Assembly: GCA_963974965.1 (NCBI GenBank)
Contig: CAXBEX010000004.1
Location: 21,978 to 85,977, forward strand
Reading direction: 5' to 3'
Length of the DNA: 64,000 nt
From: an uncultured Colwellia sp.
Lineage (GTDB): Bacteria; Pseudomonadota; Gammaproteobacteria; Enterobacterales; Alteromonadaceae
The notes below the pieces were generated by a model that searched no databases, was not told the origin of the DNA, and saw nothing but the letters and a program-made list of their open reading frames with translations. Positions 1 to 9,149 of the stretch are shown here, piece by piece (the first letter of the stretch is position 1; each line of letters starts with the position of its first letter). The position numbers were made by a program, and so were the translations under genes.

Positions 1-148
1 GTTCTATAGAATCAACTTTATGCTCCATCATAGTACTACCACAACGAATACACTTTACGCTTTGACCTTGCTTTAATGCAGGCTTGTCATATAAGGCGTC
101 ACACTGATGGCAGGCTATTAACTGTTTGGTATCTAAACATGTAATCAA
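1..148 (-). CDS. pqiA: Paraquat-inducible protein A family membrane protein, N-terminal part (runs off the left edge; absent from the ORF track)
   Basis: Manual translation of the minus strand from TTG at 148: MITCLDTKQLIACHQCDALYDKPALKQGQSVKCIRCGSTMMEHKVDSIE. It has the paired CxxC...CxxC motifs typical of the PqiA N-terminus. Start codon uncertain. Confidence 0.75.
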   Translation of the reverse strand, partial: MITCLDTKQLIACHQCDALYDKPALKQGQSVKCIRCGSTMMEHKVDSIE

Positions 149-287
149 GTGTTTTGCTCAAATATAAAAAAGACATAAAAAGTATTTTAGGATATAAGCT
201 AAAGAAGTCGCAAGCTTTTACCTTAAATATAAACAAAAAAAGCAGCGATAAAGGCTGCTTTTTCAATAGAGTAATAAATATTTTTTG

Positions 288-887
288 CTATTTAAGTGAA
301 GACATATATTTCACTAACTCATCAATATCACTATCAGATAAGTTTATCGCAATATTACGCATCATATTATTCTTGTCATTACTACGACTACCGTCTCTAA
401 ACGTTGTAATTTGTTTTTTCAGGTAATCTGAATTTTGTCCAGCAATAGCAGGAAAACCTGCCTGAGCCATGCCTTGACCTTTCACGCCATGACAAGCAAC
501 ACAAGCCGTTATACCTTTTTTAACATCACCACCAAAGTATAATTTGTGACCTGCTGCACTCCCTTCGCCAACACCTGCCTTAGGTATTTGTACTGCATAG
601 TAGGCAGCCAAATCATTCATATCTGTTGCACTTAAACCAGCAACCATACCAACCATAACGGGATCTTGACGCTCACCTGATTTAAAATCAGCTAACTGTT
701 TAGCAACATAACTTGCACTTTGACCTGCTAAACTAGGATACATAGACACAAGACTGTTACCGTCTGGGCCATGACAAGCAGCACACATTGCTGATTTTTG
801 TTGGCCTAATTTAACATCGCCTTCCACTGCATTGGCCGAGTGAACACTGCCTAATACGAACACTAGTGACAAAATAATTTTTTTCAT
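288..887 (-). CDS. Periplasmic diheme cytochrome c4
   Basis: Signal peptide, two heme motifs (CAACH, CVACH), YPSLAGQ/FPAIAGQ repeats, divergent from yihA as usual for c4. Confidence 0.93.
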   Translation of the reverse strand: MKKIILSLVFVLGSVHSANAVEGDVKLGQQKSAMCAACHGPDGNSLVSMYPSLAGQSASYVAKQLADFKSGERQDPVMVGMVAGLSATDMNDLAAYYAVQIPKAGVGEGSAAGHKLYFGGDVKKGITACVACHGVKGQGMAQAGFPAIAGQNSDYLKKQITTFRDGSRSNDKNNMMRNIAINLSDSDIDELVKYMSSLK

Positions 888-1100
888 TGAATAGCTCTCT
901 ACTTATCGTTAATGATTTAAATTAATATATAAAACTGACGGTATTTTACACTAATATAGCCAATGTGTAACAGCATCACAGAATAAATTCCTTGAAAAAC
1001 CCGTATTTAATCAATTTATTTATTTTTTTAATCAAAAAACCAATAGAAAGCGTTATAATGCCACTTTATTTATTATTTTTAAATTAACCGAGTTAAGCCC

Positions 1101-1718
1101 TTGTCTTTAACAACTATACATTTAAGCAAAGCCACTTTTATCCTCAGTGCGCCAGATATTCGAAAATTACCAGAAGACAGTGGTATTGAAGTAGCTTTCG
1201 CTGGCCGATCTAATGCCGGCAAATCAAGCGCCTTGAATACATTAACAAATCAAAAAAGTTTAGCACGAACCAGTAAAACGCCTGGTCGTACTCAACTTAT
1301 TAACGTGTTCGAAATTGGCGACAACAAACGCTTAATTGACTTACCTGGTTACGGTTTTGCCAAAGTACCATTAGAAATGAAAAAGAAATGGCAAAAAGCA
1401 CTGGGTGAATATCTAGAGAAACGTGAAAGTCTCAAAGGTTTGGTGATATTAATGGATATTCGCCACCCACTAAAAGATTTAGACATGGATTTAATTCAAT
1501 GGGCTGCCGATAGCGAATTACCCGTTTTAGCCTTGTTAACAAAATGTGATAAATTATCTCAAGGTAAATGCAGTACAGAAGTGTTAAAAGTAAAAAAAAT
1601 ATTAGCCCCATTAAATGCGGACATAAAAGTTCAAGCATTCTCATCGCTAAAACGCACCGGTGCTGAACAAGCAGATACCATTATTTGTGATTGGTTTTTA
1701 GAAGAACTTGAGCAATAA
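1101..1718 (+). CDS. yihA: Ribosome biogenesis GTPase YihA/YsxC (EngB)
   Basis: G1 [10 protein letters not shown]2 SKTPGRTQ, G3 DLPGYG, G4 TKCD; TTG start. Confidence 0.97.
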   Translation: MSLTTIHLSKATFILSAPDIRKLPEDSGIEVAFAGRSNAGKSSALNTLTNQKSLARTSKTPGRTQLINVFEIGDNKRLIDLPGYGFAKVPLEMKKKWQKALGEYLEKRESLKGLVILMDIRHPLKDLDMDLIQWAADSELPVLALLTKCDKLSQGKCSTEVLKVKKILAPLNADIKVQAFSSLKRTGAEQADTIICDWFLEELEQ

Positions 1719-1734
1719 ATAGTTTATTCATAAG

Positions 1735-1920
1735 TTAACTATCACCCGTGTTAATGAATAATTGATCTAACAATTGTGGCAACCGCTCATCAGCTTCTAA
1801 AAATTGAATGCCAACAGTAACAAAACCATTGTCGTTACGGCTATTACATATGGTATATCACACTTAGAGGGCTTTCTGTCACACAAACTGGAGGTGTTCA
1901 GTTGTTTGTTCTGGTAATTG
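1735..1920 (-). pseudogene. Possible decayed C-terminal fragment of a PilZ-like gene
   Basis: One frame reads QLPEQTTEHLQFV*QKAL*V*YTICNSRNDNGFVTVGIQFLEADERLPQLLDQLFINTGDS*. The protein-like tail (ICNSR...VGIQF) is interrupted by stops. Family guess is by resemblance only. Confidence 0.25.
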
Positions 1921-2057
1921 CCGCTACAGGAGTCGTAGTACTTACCAGCGAACTTATTACTTTTCGTTTGATTGAGTCATCTGTTTTGATTCTTGGCGGC
2001 ATTGAAACTTTAATATGTTTTAGTCAACTAAGCTATTTTACGGCTGGCTAGTGCTTA

Positions 2058-2258
2058 ATACCAATTGAATTAATGAATACACCACTTAGCGAGAATTAAA
2101 AGGCTTAGAGGCAAGGCATTGATTGACGAGAATGGTTATTCAGGAGAATATGCTCCTGCATTCTCTAATAGGCTACATCCATGTAGCGTCCTTGTCAAAA
2201 TCAATAACGCCGCATGTAAGCCTTTACTTTTTATTAGGTACTCGCCCTTCGGGAGCTC
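2058..2258. repeat. MITE-like structured intergenic element
   Basis: Nested inverted repeats: GCGAG/CTCGC, AAAGGCTTA (2099-2107)/TAAGCCTTT (2217-2225), ATTGATTGAC/GTCAAAATCAAT. Inner hairpins CAGGAG-N6-CTCCTG and GCTACA-TCCA-TGTAGC. Begins ATACCAATTG. Confidence 0.55.
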
Positions 2259-2277
2259 ATAATAAGTAATTTCAGAC

Positions 2278-2363
2278 AAAAAAAACCAGTAGCAAGGCTA
2301 CTGGCACATGTAAGCTATGGGGAAGCTAAAATAAAATTATTACAATAAGTGTTCATTAGGAAC
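2278..2363 (-). ncRNA. Candidate small RNA, paralog 1 (~86 nt)
   Basis: TTTACA-18-TATAAT promoter, predicted +1 at G2363, 5' GTTC...GAAC hairpin, core TTGTAATAATT, terminator CCAGTAGC-CTT-GCTACTGG plus U8. Homologous to 7352-7442. Confidence 0.7.
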
Positions 2364-2369
2364 AAAGCT

Positions 2370-2399
2370 ATTATAGAGTAACCACTCTACAAATGTAAA
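2370..2399 (-). promoter_or_regulatory. Sigma70 promoter of sRNA paralog 1 with overlapping TAGAG-N6-CTCTA palindrome (2374-2389)
   Basis: -35 TTTACA (2399-2394), -10 TATAAT (2375-2370). The inverted repeat TAGAGT-AACC-ACTCTA lies in the spacer and overlaps the -10. Confidence 0.65.
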
Positions 2400-2481
2400 G
2401 CACAAATAGTATAAATACTCTATTTTCTTTGATTTGGATCAAATTTCTTATACTTGTGGTTATGTGGATCATCACAAATCA

Positions 2482-2497
2482 TGAGAACTGCGTCACA
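2482..2497. promoter_or_regulatory. CRP-like site
   Basis: TGAGA-ACTGCG-TCACA, 9/10 match to TGTGA-N6-TCACA, between the divergent sRNA and peptidase promoters. Confidence 0.4.
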
Positions 2498-2761
2498 TCA
2501 TGAGAAAATTTAACATTCTATTTACAGTTTGTGTATGTGAATCGACACTACATGTGAGATTAGCAGCTCTTGCCCATTAACTATCGAATTTGTTTCTGGT
2601 GTTAATTTTTTGATGAAACAGCCTCTTCCGTGAGGCATGGCCGACGTTAGTTTATTTCTTAGCCTATGTTTGATTATTTCCTAGATCCTAGTCTATTCTT
2701 AGAGATTCTACATATAAAGGAATACAATACGCATTCACATAATAATAACTAGGGCTTCAAA

Positions 2762-4849
2762 ATGCGATACAGTCATATAGTATTAATTGTTTTATCCTCA
2801 CTGTTTGCAATAACGAACAGCTTCGCTACCGAAAACGACACCCCGTCTAAACGTTTTACCGCTATGCGGGTGTTTGATATGGAGTATGCAACGGATCCTC
2901 AGATTTCGCCTGATGGCAAACAAATTGCCTATGTGCGTCATTCTATGGACAGAATGAACGACAAAGACAAAGGCCAAATCTGGCTGATTAATATTGATGA
3001 TGGTATCCACCTGCCGCTGATTGATGGAGGCGCTGTCTCTCACTCACCTCGATGGTCTCCGGATGGAAAAAGCTTACTTTTTGTTACCGCAACTCAAGGT
3101 ATACCTGAATTAAGGTTATATTATTTTCAGTCGGATCGAAGTATCGGATTAGCCCAATTTATCAGCGCCCCTTCACGCGCCATTTGGTCGCCTGATGGAA
3201 AGCACATTGCCTTTAATATGTTTGTAAAAGGTAAAAAGCCTAGTTTTTCAACACCGGTTACCAAGCCCGAAGGTGCAAAATGGAATGATGCAGTAAAAGT
3301 ATTTGACGATCTCTCCTTTCGATTTGATGGTGTAGGTTATTTACCTGAAGGGACAACTCAAGTGTTTACATTGCCGGTTGAGGGCGGTTCGCCACGTCAG
3401 TTAACACATGGTAATGTCAATTTGAATACATCAACTTGGTTAGATAATGATACCGTTTTAGTCACGGGCAATACCGCAGCAGATCGTGATATGGATTTCA
3501 TTGAAAGCGAAATATATGCCATTGAATTGAGTGACTTGTCGATGAAAGCATTGACCAGTCGTGATGGCCCAGATAGCGGAGCTACCGTGTCACCCAATGG
3601 AAAAAACATCGCCTATATTGGTTATGATGACAAGGTGTTGTCCTATCAACAAAACAATTTGTACCTAATGACTGCCGATGGTACTGGTCAACGAGAGCTA
3701 GCAGCTGATTTCAAAGGCAGTATAGGTCAAATTAAATGGGAATCTAATAGTAAATCACTCCTATTTTCCTCTGAAGATCACGGATTTATTAGCTTGTATC
3801 GTGTTGACCTAAAAGGCCGAGTATCCAAGATAATGACAGGAATAGGCGGAGGGTCCATCGGTCGACCCTATGCTGATGGAAGTTTTTCTATCAGTAGTCA
3901 GTCAAAAGCCAAAATTGCCTTTATGGCAGGGTTTTCCGATCGGCCAGCCGAAGTTGGAGTGATCGATTATAAAGGTAAAAAACAACAAATATTGACCAAG
4001 TTGAACGATGATTTACTGCCTTATCTTGAAATGGCAAAAGTTGAGGAGATAAAAGTTAAATCCAGCCATGATGGAAAAGAAATTGAAGCTTGGGTGGCTT
4101 TCCCTCCTGATTTTAAAGCGGATGGCAGTTTTCCTATGATACTTGAGATACATGGTGGCCCATACACAATGTACGGCCCTTACTTTGCAAGTGAGATCCA
4201 ACGCTACGCTGCCGAAGGTTATGTAACGGTTTGGTCTAACCCACGAGGTTCAACAGGTTACGGTGAAGACTTTGCACTGGAAATCGACCGAGCTTATCCA
4301 GGTAATGATTATCACGATTTAATGAGTGTAGTGGATGAAATGGTTGCTCGTAAATATGTAGACAACAAACGTTTATTTGTAACAGGTGGTTCTGGTGGCG
4401 GAATTTTAACTGCTTGGATTGTTACCAAAACCAAACGGTTTGCAGCGGCGGCCTCTATAAAACCAGTGATAAACTGGATGACAATGGCATTAGCTGGCGA
4501 TATAGCATCTTATGTAAGACGTCACTGGATACGTGAAGACCCTTGGTCTAACCCTGAGGCCTTTCTAAAGTTTTCGCCTATCCGCTATGTGGATAAGGTA
4601 CAAACCCCAACGTTGATGATGGTGGGAGAAGAAGATTATCGAACGCCACCATGGGAAGCAGAACAATTCTATACTGCGCTTAAAATGTTAGGTGTAGATA
4701 CTGCACTTATTCGAGTGCCAAGTTCACCCCATTATATTGCCTCACGTCCTAGCCGTTTGATTGCTAAAACCGATAATATAATGGGGTGGTTCGCTAAATA
4801 CGATCCGGCGAAAAAAATAAAGGATAAGAAAGATACTAAACAAGATTAA
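2762..4849 (+). CDS. Secreted S9-family (prolyl oligopeptidase/acylaminoacyl) peptidase
   Basis: Signal peptide, PD40-like SPRWSPDG beta-propeller repeats, IHGGP, nucleophile GGSGG, catalytic Asp (EEDYRTP) and His (SPHYI). Confidence 0.92.
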   Translation: MRYSHIVLIVLSSLFAITNSFATENDTPSKRFTAMRVFDMEYATDPQISPDGKQIAYVRHSMDRMNDKDKGQIWLINIDDGIHLPLIDGGAVSHSPRWSPDGKSLLFVTATQGIPELRLYYFQSDRSIGLAQFISAPSRAIWSPDGKHIAFNMFVKGKKPSFSTPVTKPEGAKWNDAVKVFDDLSFRFDGVGYLPEGTTQVFTLPVEGGSPRQLTHGNVNLNTSTWLDNDTVLVTGNTAADRDMDFIESEIYAIELSDLSMKALTSRDGPDSGATVSPNGKNIAYIGYDDKVLSYQQNNLYLMTADGTGQRELAADFKGSIGQIKWESNSKSLLFSSEDHGFISLYRVDLKGRVSKIMTGIGGGSIGRPYADGSFSISSQSKAKIAFMAGFSDRPAEVGVIDYKGKKQQILTKLNDDLLPYLEMAKVEEIKVKSSHDGKEIEAWVAFPPDFKADGSFPMILEIHGGPYTMYGPYFASEIQRYAAEGYVTVWSNPRGSTGYGEDFALEIDRAYPGNDYHDLMSVVDEMVARKYVDNKRLFVTGGSGGGILTAWIVTKTKRFAAAASIKPVINWMTMALAGDIASYVRRHWIREDPWSNPEAFLKFSPIRYVDKVQTPTLMMVGEEDYRTPPWEAEQFYTALKMLGVDTALIRVPSSPHYIASRPSRLIAKTDNIMGWFAKYDPAKKIKDKKDTKQD

Positions 4850-4884
4850 CTAAAAAAAGTGTAAGTGCGGTCTCTTAATAATTT

Positions 4885-5127
4885 GTGTCGCACTTTACAT
4901 TATCTTTGTTATTTATCGGTGGAAAAAGCATAACTTTAATAGCTGCCAAGGTTAATAGTCGAAAAATGCTCGAAATCGGCATATTAGTATTCCTAAATGC
5001 TATTGCTACCGCATCAGTGATCACTTTATTACTCATGTGGACGGCTGAAAGTATTGCTCAAAGTGCAGGAATTACAGCAAATAAGGCAAAAGAACTTAAA
5101 CAGGTAACCGATAAATTCTCATTTTAG
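4885..5127 (+). pseudogene. Possible relic of an MCP C-terminus
   Basis: The ORF starts at GTG with no clear RBS. Segments NAIATAS and AESIAQSAGITANKAKELKQVTDKFSF resemble MCP tails (QIATA...ELQQLVSQFKV). No hairpin-tip motif. Confidence 0.2.
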
Positions 5128-5204
5128 GATAATTATCTTTTCTCACTTCAAAGCTTTTCACGTCAAAATTAACGTCCTATGTCGCTTTATTCTTCATTTA
5201 CAAT

Positions 5205-7184
5205 CTACACCTTAAACGTGCTCGCCATATCTTGTAATGAAGCCGCTAACCTTGCCTGTTCTTTAGCTGTTACTGATATTTGATTTGCACCTGTGGCCGT
5301 CTCTATTGATTTTTCTTCAACAGAAACTACATTTTGTGCCACATCTTGCGTTACTACCGCTTGTTCTTCAATCGCGGTTGCAATCTGATCTGTCATCGCA
5401 AAGATATCACCAACAGACACTGTTATTTCTTCTAATAGGTGCTCAACTTCTTTGGAATTAACAACTGCCTCAGTCGCTTTTTTCTGACTCGTTTCAATCA
5501 CATTATAAGCGGAATTAGCATCACGTTGAAGTGACAAAATAAAACTTTCAATTTCAGCGGTAGACTCTTGAGTACGTTGCGCCAAAGTACGTACTTCATC
5601 AGCAACAACGGCAAAGCCACGCCCTTGCTCCCCTGCTCTTGCGGCTTCAATAGCAGCATTTAATGCCAGTAAATTTGTTTGCTCTGCAACAGATTTAATC
5701 ACATCAACAACACTGGTAATATTCTTACTGCTTTCATGTAAGCTATTAATCTGTGTTGCCAAACCGTCAATCTCTTTCGCTAACGCTTCAATTGAGTGAT
5801 AAGACTTTTGTACAGTTCCTAAACCATTCTTCGCTTTTTCTTCAGCATTTCTTGCTGAATTCGCAGTATTTTGAGTATTCTCAGCCACTTCTTTTACCGT
5901 CGCTGATAGCTCTTCAATCGCGGTTGCAATTAAGGCGATACCGTTTTGTTGTTCAAATAGTGATTGAGAATTATATTCACAAGTTTGTGCCGTTTCTTCA
6001 GCCGCTGAAGCTAATGTCATACTTGAAGATGAAATATCTTTAATTACACCAGAAAAACCACTTAACGTTTTGTTTAATGAAACTGAAATTTGACCTAATT
6101 CACTATTTCCTTCGTACGGGCTTTGTACTGTTAAATCATTTTCCTGTCGAACTTTATACAAAACATTAGTTAAGCTTTTAACTCTACCTGTAAGTTCATT
6201 AATAACATAAAAACTAATCGCTAACGCCAGCGTTATTAACAGTGTACTCACAATGATATTAAGCACCATTGCGTTAAATGCATCGCTTTGTTTCACCCCA
6301 ACCAAAGCTAGTATTTTATTGCCCAAATGATTTTCTATCTTTTTAAGCTGACCTATTCGTGCTGTTGATTGGGCAAACCAGTACTCTGCTTCAACACCAA
6401 AGTCGTTTTGTTTAGTGTTAGCGATTGCACGCATTTTACCCACTTCTTTTACTGCACTGTGATCAAGCTGTTCATTAAAAAAACGTTTGTTGTCTGTATT
6501 GCTAAAAGACTTAAAGTTATCAAAATAGGTATTTTGCTCACTCACTAAGGTTATGAATTTTATAAACATACCGGCTCCAAAGGCCTGTTTTGCAAAAGTA
6601 TTGCTCAATACCGCTCTTTCAATACCAGCACGCTCCTTTCCTTGTAAAAAGTTATAATAAGCGATGGTCTCTTTCGTCACTAAGGCATCAGAGCTAATTT
6701 CAGCATTTAATATGATAACACTTAATAATTCTTTATTTAATTGGGTGTAATAAGCTAATGCCTCCCCAAAAGGTATTGACTGTGCATCAACTTGTTGACG
6801 TATTGAGGCTATTTTTTGTAACGCTTGTTCAATAGAAGCATTCAACTGAACAATGCTATTAATGGTAAGGTTACTCTCTTGCCAAAACTTGGTTTTTTTA
6901 ATGCTTTTTTGATCGGTATTTTGACGTTGGCTTTTTAATTTATTACCGAATTTACTCCCTTTAGATCCTAAGAAACCGGCGGTCATACCCCGTTCTTTTT
7001 GTAGTTCATGCACTAACTCACTATAAACAACTGACAATTCAGTTAAAGGAGCAATGGTAGACATCTCATTTTTAATAGTTACATTATCTATTATGGCGCT
7101 AATGCTTAACCATAAAAACCCCATCATAGGTAAAGTGAGCAAAGTGAAGATTTTCTTTCTAAAAGAAAGATTAGACATATTCAT
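5205..7184 (-). CDS. Methyl-accepting chemotaxis protein with NIT (nitrate/nitrite-sensing) domain
   Basis: Two TM segments, NIT signature [11 protein letters not shown]...[14 protein letters not shown] region, hairpin tip [33 protein letters not shown]. Confidence 0.92.
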   Translation of the reverse strand: MNMSNLSFRKKIFTLLTLPMMGFLWLSISAIIDNVTIKNEMSTIAPLTELSVVYSELVHELQKERGMTAGFLGSKGSKFGNKLKSQRQNTDQKSIKKTKFWQESNLTINSIVQLNASIEQALQKIASIRQQVDAQSIPFGEALAYYTQLNKELLSVIILNAEISSDALVTKETIAYYNFLQGKERAGIERAVLSNTFAKQAFGAGMFIKFITLVSEQNTYFDNFKSFSNTDNKRFFNEQLDHSAVKEVGKMRAIANTKQNDFGVEAEYWFAQSTARIGQLKKIENHLGNKILALVGVKQSDAFNAMVLNIIVSTLLITLALAISFYVINELTGRVKSLTNVLYKVRQENDLTVQSPYEGNSELGQISVSLNKTLSGFSGVIKDISSSSMTLASAAEETAQTCEYNSQSLFEQQNGIALIATAIEELSATVKEVAENTQNTANSARNAEEKAKNGLGTVQKSYHSIEALAKEIDGLATQINSLHESSKNITSVVDVIKSVAEQTNLLALNAAIEAARAGEQGRGFAVVADEVRTLAQRTQESTAEIESFILSLQRDANSAYNVIETSQKKATEAVVNSKEVEHLLEEITVSVGDIFAMTDQIATAIEEQAVVTQDVAQNVVSVEEKSIETATGANQISVTAKEQARLAASLQDMASTFKV

Positions 7185-7280
7185 ATGTTTTCCAAAATTT
7201 TTTAGGTAATAAATTATTTAGCTGTATGAGATGGTTTGGGTATAGTACCAAAATTTACATGAACTATTCCTATGGACTTT

Positions 7281-7308
7281 AGTATAGACAAAGTATAGAC
7301 AAAGTATA
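7281..7308. repeat. 11-bp direct repeat x2.5 upstream of the MCP
   Basis: AGTATAGACAA AGTATAGACAA AGTATA. Confidence 0.8.
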
Positions 7309-7351
7309 TTTTCTTTCCAACTTCATGCTGTAACTACAGTTAGTTTTAGGC

Positions 7352-7442
7352 AAAAAAAAACCGGTAGCAAGACTACCGGTGGATTAGCGATGAGGAGAGC
7401 TAGAATATTCAATTATTACAACAAGCGTTCACATAAGGGAAC
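7352..7442 (-). ncRNA. Candidate small RNA, paralog 2 (~91 nt)
   Basis: TTGTTT-17-TATGAT promoter, predicted +1 near G7442, GTTC...GAAC hairpin, core TTGTAATAATT, terminator CCGGTAG-TCTTG-CTACCGG plus U9 with a compensatory pair relative to paralog 1. Confidence 0.7.
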
Positions 7443-7449
7443 GAAAATA

Positions 7450-7478
7450 ATCATAGAGCAGATACTCTAATAAAACAA
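7450..7478 (-). promoter_or_regulatory. Sigma70 promoter of sRNA paralog 2 with TAGAG-N6-CTCTA palindrome (7454-7469)
   Basis: -35 TTGTTT (7478-7473), -10 TATGAT (7455-7450). Palindrome in the same position as in paralog 1. Confidence 0.6.
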
Positions 7479-7482
7479 GCGA

Positions 7483-7505
7483 TAAATGTAATTAAATTAC
7501 ATTTA
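7483..7505. promoter_or_regulatory. Perfect inverted repeat, HexR-like operator
   Basis: TAAATGTAAT-TAA-ATTACATTTA (10-bp arms). The core TGTAATTAAATTACA resembles the gammaproteobacterial HexR motif TGTAAT-N3-ATTACA. Confidence 0.45.
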
Positions 7506-7682
7506 TGTTGCTTTATTCCCTATTGTTTGATGTAAAGCATACCGAACTTGTATTTCGATAAAAGGTTAGGAGCTTTTTTTCAACTTGCGACTGTTTTAAA
7601 TCAACAAAAAGTCAGTCGACATTTGGTTATCCTTCTAACATACAGTAAACTATTACCACTTTCCGTTATCAGTGAATAGAAG

Positions 7683-8474
7683 ATGTCAGCTCCAGAACAA
7701 AACCAGACTCCAGCCAGTAAAAATAACACATCAGACAATACCACTCACTTTGGTTACAAAACCATTGATAAAGAAGATAAAGTGTCAATGGTTGCTGGGG
7801 TTTTTCATTCGGTGGCTAAACAATATGACATAATGAATGATTTAATGTCATTTGGTGTTCACCGTTTATGGAAACGCTTTACTGTTGATGCCAGTGGCGT
7901 GCGCCCCGGTAATAGCGTGTTAGATTTAGCAGGCGGAACAGGCGATTTAACTGCAAAATTCTCTCAATTGGTGGGTAAAGACGGCAATGTTGTTCTGGCC
8001 GATATCAACAGTTCTATGCTCAATGTGGGTCGCGATAAGTTACGTGATAAAGGTTTAGTACAAAACATCAAGTATGTGCAGGCCAATGCCCAATATTTAC
8101 CCTTTGAAGATAATACCTTTGATATTGTCACTATTGCTTTTGGTTTACGTAACGTTACCGATAAAGATATGGCGCTGCGCTCTATTTATCGTGTATTAAA
8201 ACCCGGTGGCCGTTTATTGGTATTAGAATTTTCTAAACCTGAACATGAGCTACTGAACAAAGCTTATGATTTCTATTCATTTAACATTTTACCTAAAATG
8301 GGCGAATTAGTGGCAAAAGATGGTGATAGTTATCAATACCTTGCTGAATCTATTCGTATGCACCCAGATCAAGAAACGTTAAAAACCATGATGGATAATG
8401 CAGGTTTTGAACAAACAAGTTTTAAAAACTTAACCGGTGGTGTGGTCGCTTTACACAAAGGTTACAAGTTTTAA
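7683..8474 (+). CDS. ubiE: Ubiquinone/menaquinone C-methyltransferase UbiE
   Basis: [27 protein letters not shown] motif [19 protein letters not shown]. Confidence 0.98.
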   Translation: MSAPEQNQTPASKNNTSDNTTHFGYKTIDKEDKVSMVAGVFHSVAKQYDIMNDLMSFGVHRLWKRFTVDASGVRPGNSVLDLAGGTGDLTAKFSQLVGKDGNVVLADINSSMLNVGRDKLRDKGLVQNIKYVQANAQYLPFEDNTFDIVTIAFGLRNVTDKDMALRSIYRVLKPGGRLLVLEFSKPEHELLNKAYDFYSFNILPKMGELVAKDGDSYQYLAESIRMHPDQETLKTMMDNAGFEQTSFKNLTGGVVALHKGYKF

Positions 8475-8540
8475 ACGTATATGATTAATCAGGTACTCTT
8501 AACCACGTAGGCTCTAATTAGACACAACAAGGTTACTTTA

Positions 8541-9149
8541 ATGTTGCAGCAAGTACTCACTTCATCAGTAGAGTTATTAATTAATAAAGTATTATCATTA
8601 AATACGCGTAAAATTGATCTAAAAAAATTAGAACAAAAGACACTAACCATTATTTTGTCAGAGTTAAATTTTCCAATCAGTGTAAGTGTAAATAACAACA
8701 ACGTAATCGTTTCTGGATTAACTGAACGCGCCGACTGCACGGTAAATACCAGTTTAAAAACCTTACAAGAATTAAAAGCCAAGCAACAATTAACCGAGCT
8801 AATAAAACAAAACAAGCTCGATTTAACGGGCGATATTAATGTTGCACAACACTTTTCTCATCTTGCACAAAGCCTTGATATTGATTGGCAAAGTGAATTA
8901 GCAGCCCATATTGGTGACATGCCCACGCACAAATTAATGCAACTAGGCAAGCAAGTTATTGCCAAGTTTCAATTTGCCACCAAACAAATCAAAGCAGATG
9001 CGAGTGAATATATAGTGCATGAAAAACGCTTAGTGGTCACTCGTAGCCAAGTTGAACAATTTAACCAGCAAGTTAGCCAAGTTAGTAACCATGTTGATGA
9101 AATTTCCACTCGTATCGAAGCATTAACCAAAGGACTTTCAAACACGTGA
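8541..9149 (+). CDS. ubiJ: Ubiquinone biosynthesis accessory factor UbiJ (SCP2 domain)
   Basis: Between ubiE and ubiB; [15 protein letters not shown] motif; C-terminal coiled coil. Confidence 0.9.
   Translation: MLQQVLTSSVELLINKVLSLNTRKIDLKKLEQKTLTIILSELNFPISVSVNNNNVIVSGLTERADCTVNTSLKTLQELKAKQQLTELIKQNKLDLTGDINVAQHFSHLAQSLDIDWQSELAAHIGDMPTHKLMQLGKQVIAKFQFATKQIKADASEYIVHEKRLVVTRSQVEQFNQQVSQVSNHVDEISTRIEALTKGLSNT

Noticed and set aside
2315-2356. 13-codon ORF (MNTYCNNFILASP) inside sRNA paralog 1, suggesting a dual-function RNA
   Set aside because: No RBS, and the equivalent frame in paralog 2 stops after 7 codons (GTG AAC GCT TGT TGT AAT AAT TGA).
2278-2363. Identity as Spot 42, GcvB, RyhB, Qrr or CsrB/C
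   Set aside because: None of their hallmark sequences as I recall them (Spot 42 5' end, GcvB GU-rich R1, Qrr GGGTCAC core, GGA repeats) is present. An Rfam search is still needed.
7483-7505. Fur box
   Set aside because: About 6 mismatches to the 21-bp AAATGATAATNATTATCATTT pattern; fits TGTAAT-N3-ATTACA better.
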